In this document: positions 36,622 through 45,899 of the stretch, in pieces
How the letters are laid out: each line of letters starts with the position of its first letter
Numbering within the stretch: position 1 is the first letter of the stretch
Origin: an uncultured virus (IMG/VR IMGVR_UViG_3300008266_011056)
Lineage: Duplodnaviria > Heunggongvirae > Uroviricota > Caudoviricetes
DNA length: 64,000 nt
IMG/VR virus record: IMGVR_UViG_3300008266_011056
Strand: one strand, 5' to 3'
Made by a program: the position numbers and the translations under genes
Notes under the pieces: model-generated
Databases searched by the model: none
What the model saw: the letters and a program-made list of their open reading frames with translations, nothing else
Told to the model about the DNA's origin: nothing

Positions 36622-37046
36622 TTGATTATAGACCTTAACATCCAACTATGTTTTTCATGAGCTTGAATTCTGTCTTGTAGATAATTAGCAATACCTTCTT
36701 CACCAGCGTCAGTAGCATCTTTATAAGCTGTCATTAATGTAGCTAACAATTTTAAATTCTCTGTAAATAAATTGCGCATCATCTCTAGACCGTTAGGAAT
36801 AACATCCGACTCTGTAATAGATGTTAGTTCTTGCATACGTCTTAAAGTACCCGGTGCGTATTCATCTAAAGTACGAATTAGTTCAGCAATGGTATCTACC
36901 GACCCTTGCACGTCCTCATACAACTCACCTAGAAAATCATGATATTGAACGAAATCAGGACCCTCTACATTCCAATGATAAAATTGAGCTTTTAAATAAA
37001 AAGTAAAAGCATCTGCTAAAGTTTGTTTTAAAGTATCTTTTAACAT
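36618..37046 (-). CDS. dps: Dps / ferritin-like DNA-protecting protein
   Basis: HWNVEG..F..H....E.Y..D.IAE..R..K..WML ferroxidase motifs. Confidence 0.93.
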   Translation of the reverse strand: MLKDTLKQTLADAFTFYLKAQFYHWNVEGPDFVQYHDFLGELYEDVQGSVDTIAELIRTLDEYAPGTLRRMQELTSITESDVIPNGLEMMRNLFTENLKLLATLMTAYKDATDAGEEGIANYLQDRIQAHEKHSWMLRSIIK

Positions 37047-37050
37047 AGTA

Positions 37051-38253
37051 TTATACGTTCAAGTATTGTTTAAATTGCATACGTCTCATAGTATCGGGTT
37101 TCATAGCAATACCAGCTTGCACTGTTTTATGAGTAGGGGCACTGTGGGATGGAGTAACTGCGTGACCGGTTGGTTCACCTAATAAGCCACCGTTACGAAT
37201 TGTTTCAATCATTTTTCTAAATTGTGCGAAAGCATCAGCACACATATCAAAGTTCTTAGTTTCAATACCATCGAACTCAAGTTGCATTCTTTGCTCTACT
37301 AATTCACGTCTTTGATCTTCGTTCATTAGAAGTAAAGGAATTTTTCTTTCGTTATTAGAAACAAATGTTCTATACGTAACTGGTACCTTAGCTTCCATTA
37401 CATCATGTAGCCATCTTTTCTCTACGGTACCATCTAAGTACTTTAATGTTACATAATTCGAACCCCGGAAAACAACTTTGGCATCCTTACCCTCTATTGT
37501 ACGAACATTCTCATATAATTTAAAGGTATTACCGGAAACATAATCTTCACGTATCTTTTTCTTCTGTTGTTTTTCACCTGGTGTCATAGATTTCATTTTA
37601 TTTACTCCTTCTATTTCACCCCATTGATACTTAGATACTTTTAAATGTGGGTCGTAGATTTCGTGAAGTCCCATACCTGATCTAACATCGTGAAATAATT
37701 CTTTTGCATGTCCCTCATGGGCTGCAAGTTTACTTGGTAGACCTTTTCTAAAAGATGCAAAGTCATTATTAGTGGCATGTGTGCGCATATCAGTACCGGA
37801 TACACCTTGCTTCCTTTCACCAGTATTAACTGTTTTAATGGATTTAAAATTATAATACCCGTGCTTACCTTCTTTACCATTGTAAGCTTTAAGACGATTA
37901 TACTCTTCAGCTCTGTCTGAACCACCTGCAATAACTACATGCTCATAACCTTTGCTATGCAAATCAGAAAGATGATGGAAGATAGTAGGTTTTTCTTTTG
38001 AAGAGGTGGTAATATTTGTACCGGGAAACGCACGCTTTAAATGTTTAGTTTTTTGCTGTGCAGTAAGAGGATTTTTCTTTGCATCCTGAGAATGAGATGC
38101 AATTACCAGATGATCGGCATTATGCTGTTTAGCAATTTTTTTAAGACCCTCTACGTTCTCTTCGTGACCGGAAGTAGGAGGGTTCATGCGACCAAATAAG
38201 ATGGCGGCTGTTTTAGCTTTTTCAGCTTCTTTTAAGTATTCTTTGAAGGCCAT
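37051..38253 (-). CDS. Cytidyltransferase-like (HIGH superfamily) nucleotidyltransferase
   Basis: FGRMNPPTSGH, KNPL, GSDR, SGT.MR. Confidence 0.8.
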   Translation of the reverse strand: MAFKEYLKEAEKAKTAAILFGRMNPPTSGHEENVEGLKKIAKQHNADHLVIASHSQDAKKNPLTAQQKTKHLKRAFPGTNITTSSKEKPTIFHHLSDLHSKGYEHVVIAGGSDRAEEYNRLKAYNGKEGKHGYYNFKSIKTVNTGERKQGVSGTDMRTHATNNDFASFRKGLPSKLAAHEGHAKELFHDVRSGMGLHEIYDPHLKVSKYQWGEIEGVNKMKSMTPGEKQQKKKIREDYVSGNTFKLYENVRTIEGKDAKVVFRGSNYVTLKYLDGTVEKRWLHDVMEAKVPVTYRTFVSNNERKIPLLLMNEDQRRELVEQRMQLEFDGIETKNFDMCADAFAQFRKMIETIRNGGLLGEPTGHAVTPSHSAPTHKTVQAGIAMKPDTMRRMQFKQYLNV

Positions 38254-38293
38254 TGGATATATTAAAAACGTTACAATTGGATTATTTATCTTT

Positions 38294-38914
38294 TTATTTT
38301 GCTGGAGAAAAGTAGTCTTTATCTGAATGTTTCGGTGAATAAGGCTTGTTATCCGAATAATCAGTAGAACTTCCTTTGTGTGAATAAGGCTCTTTTTCCA
38401 TATATGCGTTATGCTTTACAGAGTAGGAAGGGGATTTTTCCTCATGATCTTTAACAGAAATATGCATGATCGCACCACCCATACCATGCTTCTTTAAAGC
38501 GGACGTCATATGTTTTCTCGCATGTTCATGAGATTTAAACATCTTTTCAAGGTCAAATCTATGAACTTTACCTTCGTGCTCAACATGAGCAACCAAATGT
38601 GGATTGCTTGGATGTTGTACAGGTTCTTGTGCATGTGTATGAGGCGAAGCAGCTGCTGCGGTAGCTAGGGCAGTAGCAGCAATAGCTTGTTTGATACCTT
38701 CGTCTAGCTCTTCATCCATCTTACGTCTACCTTGCGTCATATTAATTTTCCAATGAGCAAGTTGCTTTTGGCGCTTAGTAGCTGTGTCAGATGATCTGAT
38801 CTTTTTTAATTGAGTAATAGATTTACCCTTTAAACCATGTCTAGCCATATCCCCTTTATCTTGAGGATTACGACCATCCATAAAATTTTCTCTAACTTGT
38901 TTAAATGTCTTCAT
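38294..38914 (-). CDS. Probable internal virion protein
   Basis: MKTFKQVREN start; internal LDE site. Confidence 0.55.
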   Translation of the reverse strand: MKTFKQVRENFMDGRNPQDKGDMARHGLKGKSITQLKKIRSSDTATKRQKQLAHWKINMTQGRRKMDEELDEGIKQAIAATALATAAAASPHTHAQEPVQHPSNPHLVAHVEHEGKVHRFDLEKMFKSHEHARKHMTSALKKHGMGGAIMHISVKDHEEKSPSYSVKHNAYMEKEPYSHKGSSTDYSDNKPYSPKHSDKDYFSPAK

Positions 38915-40179
38915 CTTACCTCTATCCAACGTAAAGACGCTTTAGTATCAGCGTTATTAGCTAATTTATATCCTATAACAGCTAGAACTTGACTGTTATT
39001 AGAGTGGTAGTTTTGATATATTGTATCCGCAATAGAAAATGAACCTGTTATCTGACTAGAACCAGATCCTACACCGGTAGCTCCAGCCGCAAAAGCGTCT
39101 GCAATAACACTATATTTTACATTAGCAGCCCACCCAGCTTTAAGTGTAGGGGCTTTAACGTACTGGCAAAAACTGTAACCAGGGACATCCGACCAGGTAG
39201 GTGTAACACTAAAAATAGAATCAGAATTAGGGGCAATAATTACTTTATAATTCATATCGTTGGTAGCAAATATATCCCACTCTTTTAAGCGAGCAAATAC
39301 TTTATTTTTCTTACCAACAATAGTATCTTTTAATTTAATAGCTAATATACATTGACCATCTGTAGCATTATTAATGGTAGTTACAGTTCCATCTGTACTC
39401 ACTGATCTAGAAAACCCAACTTCTCTCTCGGCTCCTTCACAATAAACTCCTGCACAAATAAATTGCATAGTTGTGCTAGATGATGATGTACCTGTGTTTC
39501 GTATTTCCCACCTGACCGGTAAACTAGGTTGCATCATGTAAGGCTCGGTCGTATTATTGGCGTGTAAGAACTGATGTACGAAGATTGGTTGGCCATCTAT
39601 AACAAACCCTACTCTTACTCTACCTACACCTAACCATTGATAATCACATATAAAAATTTGACACTTAGTAAAATCAACAGTAATACCGCTCTTATTATTT
39701 TCATTCATAGAACCATCTAAACGGTCCAGGTTCCATGCAGTTTTCGCTACTATTTCATTATCAACACCTTTTTTACGAATAACCATTTCAGGTGTAGTAC
39801 CATTCATTCTAAAAAATATTCCATTATCATCATCAAACAAACCAACCATCTGAGATACATTAGCCTTTGGAGTATCCATTCTAAATGTCATTAAACATTT
39901 GTTGGACGTGCCTGAAATGTAAGGATGATATTGTTTGGATTGAAGGAGTGCTCTATCCCCTGAAGCGGTTGTGACAGATCCTAGAACTTGTGTATTAGCA
40001 AAGTCAGGAGTGACTGTTCCTGAACCTGTGGTTAAATTTTCTGTAACTGTAATTGCACCCTCATCATAATGAAATCTATAGTCACTTAAAACTCTAGGAA
40101 CGCTGGTTCTAAGTCCACCGAATGCGTCCAGATTTGCGCTATCATCGTATCTAATCTTATCATCAAACAAATACGTCAT
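38911..40179 (-). CDS. Beta-rich hypothetical protein, possibly structural or lectin-like
   Basis: DAFG.LR..G.FDD.NG.FF..QWLGVGRVR.GF..LPVR.EI. Confidence 0.6.
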   Translation of the reverse strand: MTYLFDDKIRYDDSANLDAFGGLRTSVPRVLSDYRFHYDEGAITVTENLTTGSGTVTPDFANTQVLGSVTTASGDRALLQSKQYHPYISGTSNKCLMTFRMDTPKANVSQMVGLFDDDNGIFFRMNGTTPEMVIRKKGVDNEIVAKTAWNLDRLDGSMNENNKSGITVDFTKCQIFICDYQWLGVGRVRVGFVIDGQPIFVHQFLHANNTTEPYMMQPSLPVRWEIRNTGTSSSSTTMQFICAGVYCEGAEREVGFSRSVSTDGTVTTINNATDGQCILAIKLKDTIVGKKNKVFARLKEWDIFATNDMNYKVIIAPNSDSIFSVTPTWSDVPGYSFCQYVKAPTLKAGWAANVKYSVIADAFAAGATGVGSGSSQITGSFSIADTIYQNYHSNNSQVLAVIGYKLANNADTKASLRWIEVR

Positions 40180-40982
40180 ACTATTCTCCATCCATCTCTG
40201 TAAATTAAAGTTACTGATCCGTTGTTTATTCTTATTTCAAACCCATTAGGGTCATTATCTACCGTACCAATAACTTTTATAGGTGTTAATTGAGCATGTC
40301 CTGATTCATCCTTAATTATTACTTCTCTACCGTTAACTATAGTAGAAGGATCAGGTAAAGTAATATTAGCTTTTACAGAACAATTTACACCTACATAGTA
40401 ATCACGCCTTGTAATAGTGTAATCACCTGTGACAAGCTTGGTTGGCATGTCCAGATTTATAACATCACCAGCACCACCACCGGGCCCTGCTAAGGATATT
40501 TTACCTACCCACTCTTCTAAGAACTTTATTTTTTTCTTAACATCATTTAAAGATCTTATATCGATATGAGGATCTGGCTGCTGATATGAATCCGCTTTTT
40601 CTTCCAGCTTAACTTCTTTTGTTATATGACTTGCAACTTTATCTATTAGCGTTTCGGAGGGTGGCTTGGTTGTGGGGGGTTGACTGGTTTCGACTGCTTG
40701 CTCGGTTTGTGGTTGTACCAACTCATTTGTTTCCTCCTTGTATACATTTAGAACTTCATCTAAAGTGGGTGGCTTAGGAAACTCAATATGTTTTTTCTCA
40801 GGTAAAGGTCTTGTATGTGAAGCTTCAACTATATCATTTAATGCATTACCTCTAACCGACTCAAGTATTTCATTTTGCAATTTCTCATACTTATCCACTT
40901 CTTCCAGCAAGGTGTTGTCAATAGGCTGGTTCATAGCCTTAGCCCATTTAACAAACATCTGCTTTTCTTTTATAGTCTTCAT
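40176..40982 (-). CDS. Probable structural / fibre-like protein
   Basis: GPGGGAG hinge followed by DYYVGV..ITLP..IIKDESG..W. Confidence 0.55.
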   Translation of the reverse strand: MKTIKEKQMFVKWAKAMNQPIDNTLLEEVDKYEKLQNEILESVRGNALNDIVEASHTRPLPEKKHIEFPKPPTLDEVLNVYKEETNELVQPQTEQAVETSQPPTTKPPSETLIDKVASHITKEVKLEEKADSYQQPDPHIDIRSLNDVKKKIKFLEEWVGKISLAGPGGGAGDVINLDMPTKLVTGDYTITRRDYYVGVNCSVKANITLPDPSTIVNGREVIIKDESGHAQLTPIKVIGTVDNDPNGFEIRINNGSVTLIYRDGWRIV

Positions 40983-41311
40983 CTAGTTACTTCAGGGTAT
41001 ACTGTAACGATACCTTCATAAACACGTTCAACAACATTAGCTGAGCTGATGATCTCTACATCATAAACATGTCTACCAGGTTTTAGGTTTGCAGTAACGG
41101 CATCTGACAAGAAGAGTGTTACGTTACCTGATAAAGGGGTTCCAATAGTTGCGGTGAATGCGGTAGAGTTAGCAGAATAGTATGAACGTCTCATTTGAGA
41201 ACGTGCTGTATAACCGGTTAAATCTCTAACTGAATTTGAGTTATCTTTTACTGTAACATTGGCAGAGAACGTAGCTCCCTGGTCAATGAATAGATTATAT
41301 GCGATTGACAT
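40979..41311 (-). CDS. Virion structural protein (Ig-like, baseplate/neck-associated)
   Basis: IDQGATF..DLTGYT...QMR..G..VYDVE..RV.EG..V.P.VT. Confidence 0.65.
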   Translation of the reverse strand: MSIAYNLFIDQGATFSANVTVKDNSNSVRDLTGYTARSQMRRSYYSANSTAFTATIGTPLSGNVTLFLSDAVTANLKPGRHVYDVEIISSANVVERVYEGIVTVYPEVTR

Positions 41312-41375
41312 TTTGGTACCTTAGTATGGATTTTCTATTGCCTTGCCTGTAAAATTCCAATGTGGACCGATCAAG

Positions 41376-42566
41376 TTAAGTCTCTCTGGCTAAGAAATTA
41401 GCACGACTGAATTCCTGGCGATCAACAAGTTTAGTTGGTCTATTGTTTCTTACTACCACATATCCTTCGGGTTTAGACGAGGTACCGTTAATGGTATGTT
41501 CGTATTTGGGTTTGGCTGATAGCGCATGAACTAGTTCGTCTTTAGCACCCTGTAAATGTTTATGCATATTTAGTACATGCGTAAAGCTTGCTTTATTCTT
41601 TTCAATATGGCTTAACTGATCATTCATTGTAGCTGTTTTTTGATCAATTGACTTTTGCGTTTTAACCTTAGATATGTCTTTAAGGTGTCTTGATTTAACA
41701 TGCTCCATGTAGTCTTCAACACTAGGAGCTTTGCTATCTCTAATTGATTTGTTGATAAAAGTAGAGAGGTGGTCTTCGTGACCTTGAATATGTTTAAAGG
41801 CTTTAGATGTATTCTTATCTTTAAAGAAGTTTGTAGCAGCACCCATATGATGTCTAAAGTTCATACTCTGCTCAGTTGACATCTTAGCACCTTCAACATC
41901 GTTTCTGTTATCTATCATGTGCACATCTTGATGTTTTCCAAAATGAGAAAGATCAGGGGCGTAATCAGGTTTTAAATTCTCAAACTTATTACCGTGGTAC
42001 GCTGTATGTACGACAATACCCACTTTAGACTTTTCAATATTCTTACCTTCATCTGAACCGTGCGATGTCGAATAGGTAATAGTGTTAGGTGTAAAGTGAT
42101 ATTTACCACCGTGGCTGACAATATCACCACGAGGGTTAGACGAAGACTTGACACCTGAATGCATTAGGTCGCCTTGGAAGATACCTTTTTTAGGTGTAAC
42201 TTTTGGAAGATGTTGTAAAGCGGTTTTAAGTTTTTGTACTAATCCAGGTTGATGACCGTGATTAGCTTCTATGTCTTTTTCAGAGAAATTTAACTTAGGG
42301 TTCTTGTTCCAAGCAGACTTTGTAGTTACAAAGAACTTACCGGTTTCAGGATGATGACCGAATACAACGGATGGTGATCCATCGTACTTAGTCATGATAG
42401 TGGTTTTATTTTTCTTATCGGATAGTTGCTCATGCACATCATTTAAATTATGGAAAGCATGAGTAAATCCATCTTCACCATAATGAATAATATGATCTTC
42501 TGCGTGCTCAAGATGAGTCAAACGCTCTTCTGAAGCTGCTTCTGTTAGATATTGTTTGAAATTCAT
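41376..42566 (-). CDS. Ligase-like nucleotidyltransferase with capsid-targeting-like N-terminus
   Basis: MNFKQYLTEA; HLEHAED; KYDG, QGD, EGYVV, KLV motifs. Confidence 0.6.
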   Translation of the reverse strand: MNFKQYLTEAASEERLTHLEHAEDHIIHYGEDGFTHAFHNLNDVHEQLSDKKNKTTIMTKYDGSPSVVFGHHPETGKFFVTTKSAWNKNPKLNFSEKDIEANHGHQPGLVQKLKTALQHLPKVTPKKGIFQGDLMHSGVKSSSNPRGDIVSHGGKYHFTPNTITYSTSHGSDEGKNIEKSKVGIVVHTAYHGNKFENLKPDYAPDLSHFGKHQDVHMIDNRNDVEGAKMSTEQSMNFRHHMGAATNFFKDKNTSKAFKHIQGHEDHLSTFINKSIRDSKAPSVEDYMEHVKSRHLKDISKVKTQKSIDQKTATMNDQLSHIEKNKASFTHVLNMHKHLQGAKDELVHALSAKPKYEHTINGTSSKPEGYVVVRNNRPTKLVDRQEFSRANFLARET

Positions 42567-43753
42567 TTAAGGAACGTTTCCTTTAATTTATCAATCTGTT
42601 TGCTTTTTATAAGTTGCTCTGCGAGATTAAACTTGTCTACCGCTGATTGAGCTACTCTATTATTAGGCCAAATAGCAGCACGTGCGTTGGAGAATCCGCC
42701 TTGATTAAGACCCTGTCCTTCTGATTTATATACCATTAAAACAGGTTTATATATTTCATCATTTTGTGATCTTTTAAGCATATTAGGTTCCAGAATAGGG
42801 TTAAGCTCAAAATGATATTGACCATCTAATGTGTAGTAGCCTTGTTCATACTTAAATTTAATATCCCCATCTACTAAGGCGTGAACATTGTTAATACCAA
42901 AAGAAGAAGAAGGTGAATAATCTTTACCAAATTTTACTTTGTAACCTACGTACTCATTAGTAATAGGGTTACCGAAATATGAACCTTTTTTTAAATCATT
43001 AAAATTAAATCTACCGTTTTGATCTGGTACAAGACCAAGATTTGCAAATATATTTTCAACACGTGCTACAAAATTTTCAAAAATAGGCTTACCCCTTACA
43101 TCATGTCTTGTTTTTATCCCTAAGTCACCAGCCCAGCCACCATACTGTTGAAAATTAGCAGGACCTGCACCCTTTTTCAATGACAGGTAAATTACTGGTT
43201 TATTTTGATAGTAAAAAGCAGCATCAGCTTTAGGGGTAGCTGGTACCTTTTTAAATTCGTCAACCTTATATATTTCTTTACCTAGCTTTATTGCAATAGA
43301 CTCACCATTTCTTTTTAGTTGAGCTAACTCAGAAGAAGTTTGAATAATTTGTGCTGATTCAGCTTGCACACTCTTATCAATCTCCGTTAATACATCATTA
43401 CGTCTGAATAATATATAATAACCTGCTGACAGTATAACTAATTTCTGTTTATTAATAATACCAGGGTTAGAAACTAACTTCAAAAACTCATCTAAAAAAT
43501 CACCTCTAAATTCCCCTTTAAACCCGGTAAGTAATCCTGTGATACCTTCTACTTTAATATCTTTTATAGAACTAGAACCTACTCTAAAAGCAACACTCTT
43601 ACCGAAAAAAACTACCTTAACCGGTACACGATACGATTCAATTTGAGACAAAGCGCTATCTAATTCTCCGAGCTTCTTTCTCAGAGAAGTGATAATTGTC
43701 TTCCTTGGAGATAGTGCCGCAGCAATACTATCAATATCGATTTTCTTTTCCAT
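42563..43753 (-). CDS. Putative PD-(D/E)XK endonuclease
   Basis: TPKAD..IYLSLK..FQQYGG. Confidence 0.5.
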   Translation of the reverse strand: MEKKIDIDSIAAALSPRKTIITSLRKKLGELDSALSQIESYRVPVKVVFFGKSVAFRVGSSSIKDIKVEGITGLLTGFKGEFRGDFLDEFLKLVSNPGIINKQKLVILSAGYYILFRRNDVLTEIDKSVQAESAQIIQTSSELAQLKRNGESIAIKLGKEIYKVDEFKKVPATPKADAAFYYQNKPVIYLSLKKGAGPANFQQYGGWAGDLGIKTRHDVRGKPIFENFVARVENIFANLGLVPDQNGRFNFNDLKKGSYFGNPITNEYVGYKVKFGKDYSPSSSFGINNVHALVDGDIKFKYEQGYYTLDGQYHFELNPILEPNMLKRSQNDEIYKPVLMVYKSEGQGLNQGGFSNARAAIWPNNRVAQSAVDKFNLAEQLIKSKQIDKLKETFLK

Positions 43754-43758
43754 TACAA

Positions 43759-43766
43759 TATTTATA
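43759..43766 (-). promoter_or_regulatory. T4-type late promoter at the head of the 43753-30937 block
   Basis: Exact TATAAATA, just downstream of a terminator. Confidence 0.75.
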
Positions 43767-43770
43767 CTAT

Positions 43771-43793
43771 AAAAAACCCCTCTTTCGAGGGGC
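43771..43793 (-). terminator. Intrinsic terminator
   Basis: CCCCTC-GAAA-GAGGGG followed by TTTTTT. Confidence 0.85.
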
Positions 43794-43813
43794 TTGTAAT
43801 TGAAAATCTTACA

Positions 43814-44077
43814 TTATCTGTCGTAGTCAACAATATGAATTAGCTTATCACCCATCCATGGAGAGCCGTTCTCATGAGGTTCTAAGTTTTCATTCATGTG
43901 TTTAAATTCATCATATGTGATCTCACGAATGCCGATAATATCTTCACCAATATGTTTCTGTGAAAACTCAGGAGCTTCTTCACATACTACTGTATCACCT
44001 GCATGTTCTGCTTCTTTACAATCAATAACGTAACGGATACGGAAGGTACTAATTGTCTCTACTAGGTATAAAGGCAT
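43814..44077 (-). CDS. Hypothetical protein
   Basis: YLVETIS.FR.RY..EFSQ.H.GE. Confidence 0.65.
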   Translation of the reverse strand: MPLYLVETISTFRIRYVIDCKEAEHAGDTVVCEEAPEFSQKHIGEDIIGIREITYDEFKHMNENLEPHENGSPWMGDKLIHIVDYDR

Positions 44078-44081
44078 AATA

Positions 44082-44106
44082 AAAACCCAGCGGTTTCCCG
44101 CCGGGT
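44082..44106 (-). terminator. Intrinsic terminator
   Basis: CCCGGCGG-GAAA-CCGCTGGG followed by TTTTT. Confidence 0.75.
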
Positions 44107-44116
44107 ACCAGTTAGA

Positions 44117-44365
44117 TTACTGGAACATCTGGCTACCACCAACAGCGTAAGCTGCAGCAACCATAGCCCGTGAAGGCTTGCCAAGACGGTAAGCTGTCTT
44201 ACCATTCTTAGCGGTGTTGCTATAGATGGAGTAGCCCTGAGCACGAAGCTCAGAAACACGAGCAGCTACCGAGCTCTCGGTAGAACCGAACAAGCCAGCG
44301 ATCTGACCTGCGGTGAACTGCTTACCAGAACGAAGAACGTTCAACACTTTAGTTTGCAATGACAT
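44117..44365 (-). CDS. Winged helix-turn-helix DNA-binding protein
   Basis: KVLNVL..FT..QIA..ARVSELR..GY.I..YRLG; ATG 44365 with AGGAG RBS. Confidence 0.75.
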   Translation of the reverse strand: MSLQTKVLNVLRSGKQFTAGQIAGLFGSTESSVAARVSELRAQGYSIYSNTAKNGKTAYRLGKPSRAMVAAAYAVGGSQMFQ

Positions 44366-44434
44366 AGTCACTCCTAAAAGCCCCGCCACAAGAAAAGTAA
44401 CGTAGGCGGCGGTCATTCCTACGTTACCGTTAGA

Positions 44435-44761
44435 TTAAGCTGCTGCGAGTTCTTTAATACTCTCTAGCTCTTTATCTTCTTCAACTTCTGAGATTTTAAT
44501 TATAGGCGCTTTCTTGGTTACTGTCAACTTCTTTTGGGACATTACATACCCGATATCGAAGTGAAAAGCTTTGAATTCGTCTAACGTAAGAAGATACTTA
44601 CACGCTTCTTCTTTAGTCATTTCGTTAGGAAGGTCGATTAGTTGAATATCTGTATCGCCCTGTTTTTGTAGATTTTTGATACGTAGGATTTTATCAGAGC
44701 AAAAGCGAACCTTTACTTGATCCTTACATCTTGAAACACCTGCTACTGTGAACTTGCTCAT
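44435..44761 (-). CDS. Hypothetical protein
   Basis: F.VAGVS..KVRF..DI.L..LP..MTK; GGAGG RBS. Confidence 0.7.
   Translation of the reverse strand: MSKFTVAGVSRCKDQVKVRFCSDKILRIKNLQKQGDTDIQLIDLPNEMTKEEACKYLLTLDEFKAFHFDIGYVMSQKKLTVTKKAPIIKISEVEEDKELESIKELAAA
44499..44527 (-). promoter_or_regulatory. Perfect sigma70 consensus promoter inside the upstream gene, driving the HTH gene
   Basis: TTGACA-N17-TATAAT. Confidence 0.75.
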
Positions 44762-44778
44762 ATTACCTCCATTATAAA

Positions 44779-45036
44779 TTAAACACCCAAACCTTGCCCT
44801 GCCATAAGATAATTAGTTACCTTAGTAACCATAAAGTCTTTAGATGTAGCTTTTAGCAAGATACTGGTAAAGGTATCTTTCTTAAGAGGGTCACCTGCCG
44901 ACTTCTGAATAATACCAATACAGGTATTACGAAACGTATTGATATCTTCGTTACGATATGCTTCGAAAAGCGATTCCATACCTTCAGTACCAATAGTATC
45001 TACTTTTACACGTTGTCTTGAGTTTGTCTGTGTCAT
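44779..45036 (-). CDS. Hypothetical protein
   Basis: AAGGAGG RBS; promoter-like TGGCAT-N17-TATAAT at 45084-45056. Confidence 0.7.
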   Translation of the reverse strand: MTQTNSRQRVKVDTIGTEGMESLFEAYRNEDINTFRNTCIGIIQKSAGDPLKKDTFTSILLKATSKDFMVTKVTNYLMAGQGLGV

Positions 45037-45087
45037 ATTTCCTCCTTAGATGTTCATTATAGACCAAACAGGAGATAAATGCCATAG

Positions 45088-45237
45088 TTACTTTAAATCT
45101 TCGACAGTAATTTTACCTTCATCAATTAACGCATTGGCAAGTTCAACTGCCCCTTTTAATTTACCCGCTTTGTAACATAGTGAACATGCTAGAAGTAGTA
45201 ACAAAATTTCTGTAATGTTAAGCCAAGAATAATCCAT
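45088..45237 (-). CDS. Small membrane protein, 49 aa, absent from the ORF track
   Basis: MDYSWLNITEILLLLLACSLCYKAGKLKGAVELANALIDEGKITVEDLK*. Confidence 0.65.
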   Translation of the reverse strand: MDYSWLNITEILLLLLACSLCYKAGKLKGAVELANALIDEGKITVEDLK

Positions 45238-45888
45238 TTAGTCCTTAGAGTAAGTTACATATGGAAGCCATTTATAAGTTTTCTTTAAAAGTAACTTACG
45301 AATGTATGACCAATCTTCGTGTTTAAAAGTATTACGATAATAATTATATGAGTCTAATTTACGTCTTTTACTTATTGAGGATAAAACAAAGTAGGGATTG
45401 AAGTAGGGGTAATGAAACTTTATTTCCATGGCGATATCATGTGCATAAGCATCAATCTCATCTAAACATGAAAGGTAATTCTGCTCGTCGTCAATGCTAC
45501 CTTGTTGAAGCGATCTTAGGTCAATAGGTTCATATTCAAAATTATTTTCTCTGAATTGATTTTGATACTTATGAATTAATTCATGCTGGCAAGCTTGGGA
45601 AATATGAAACTTAAATTTATCCCATTCTCTTTCCTCGAGATAGAATCTCTTATTCGTTGAAAAGTGAAGTACTATGTAACATCTGTCGTTATTTGAATCG
45701 TAAATACCTCCTACACTGTAATCAAATACATCGTAGTTTTTAAACGTTTCATATTTAAAGGTTATTGGTAGATTTTGTTTTTTAAATTCGCAATTTAACA
45801 CCGCTGTAATGCGACGAAATGTATTAACACCCAACAGGGAGTACTTTATGTTGCTAAGAGCACCATCTATTGCGAACCCTAAAAACAT
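45238..45888 (-). CDS. Putative zinc metallopeptidase-fold protein
   Basis: HELIH (HExxH) followed by Y..DEIDAYA. Confidence 0.6.
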   Translation of the reverse strand: MFLGFAIDGALSNIKYSLLGVNTFRRITAVLNCEFKKQNLPITFKYETFKNYDVFDYSVGGIYDSNNDRCYIVLHFSTNKRFYLEEREWDKFKFHISQACQHELIHKYQNQFRENNFEYEPIDLRSLQQGSIDDEQNYLSCLDEIDAYAHDIAMEIKFHYPYFNPYFVLSSISKRRKLDSYNYYRNTFKHEDWSYIRKLLLKKTYKWLPYVTYSKD

Positions 45889-45899
45889 TATACATCCTT

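Noticed and set aside
41321..41375. Short frame LIGPHWNFTGKAIENPY* after the ligase-like gene (possible +1 shift)
   Set aside because: Only 17 codons, no RBS or convincing shift site
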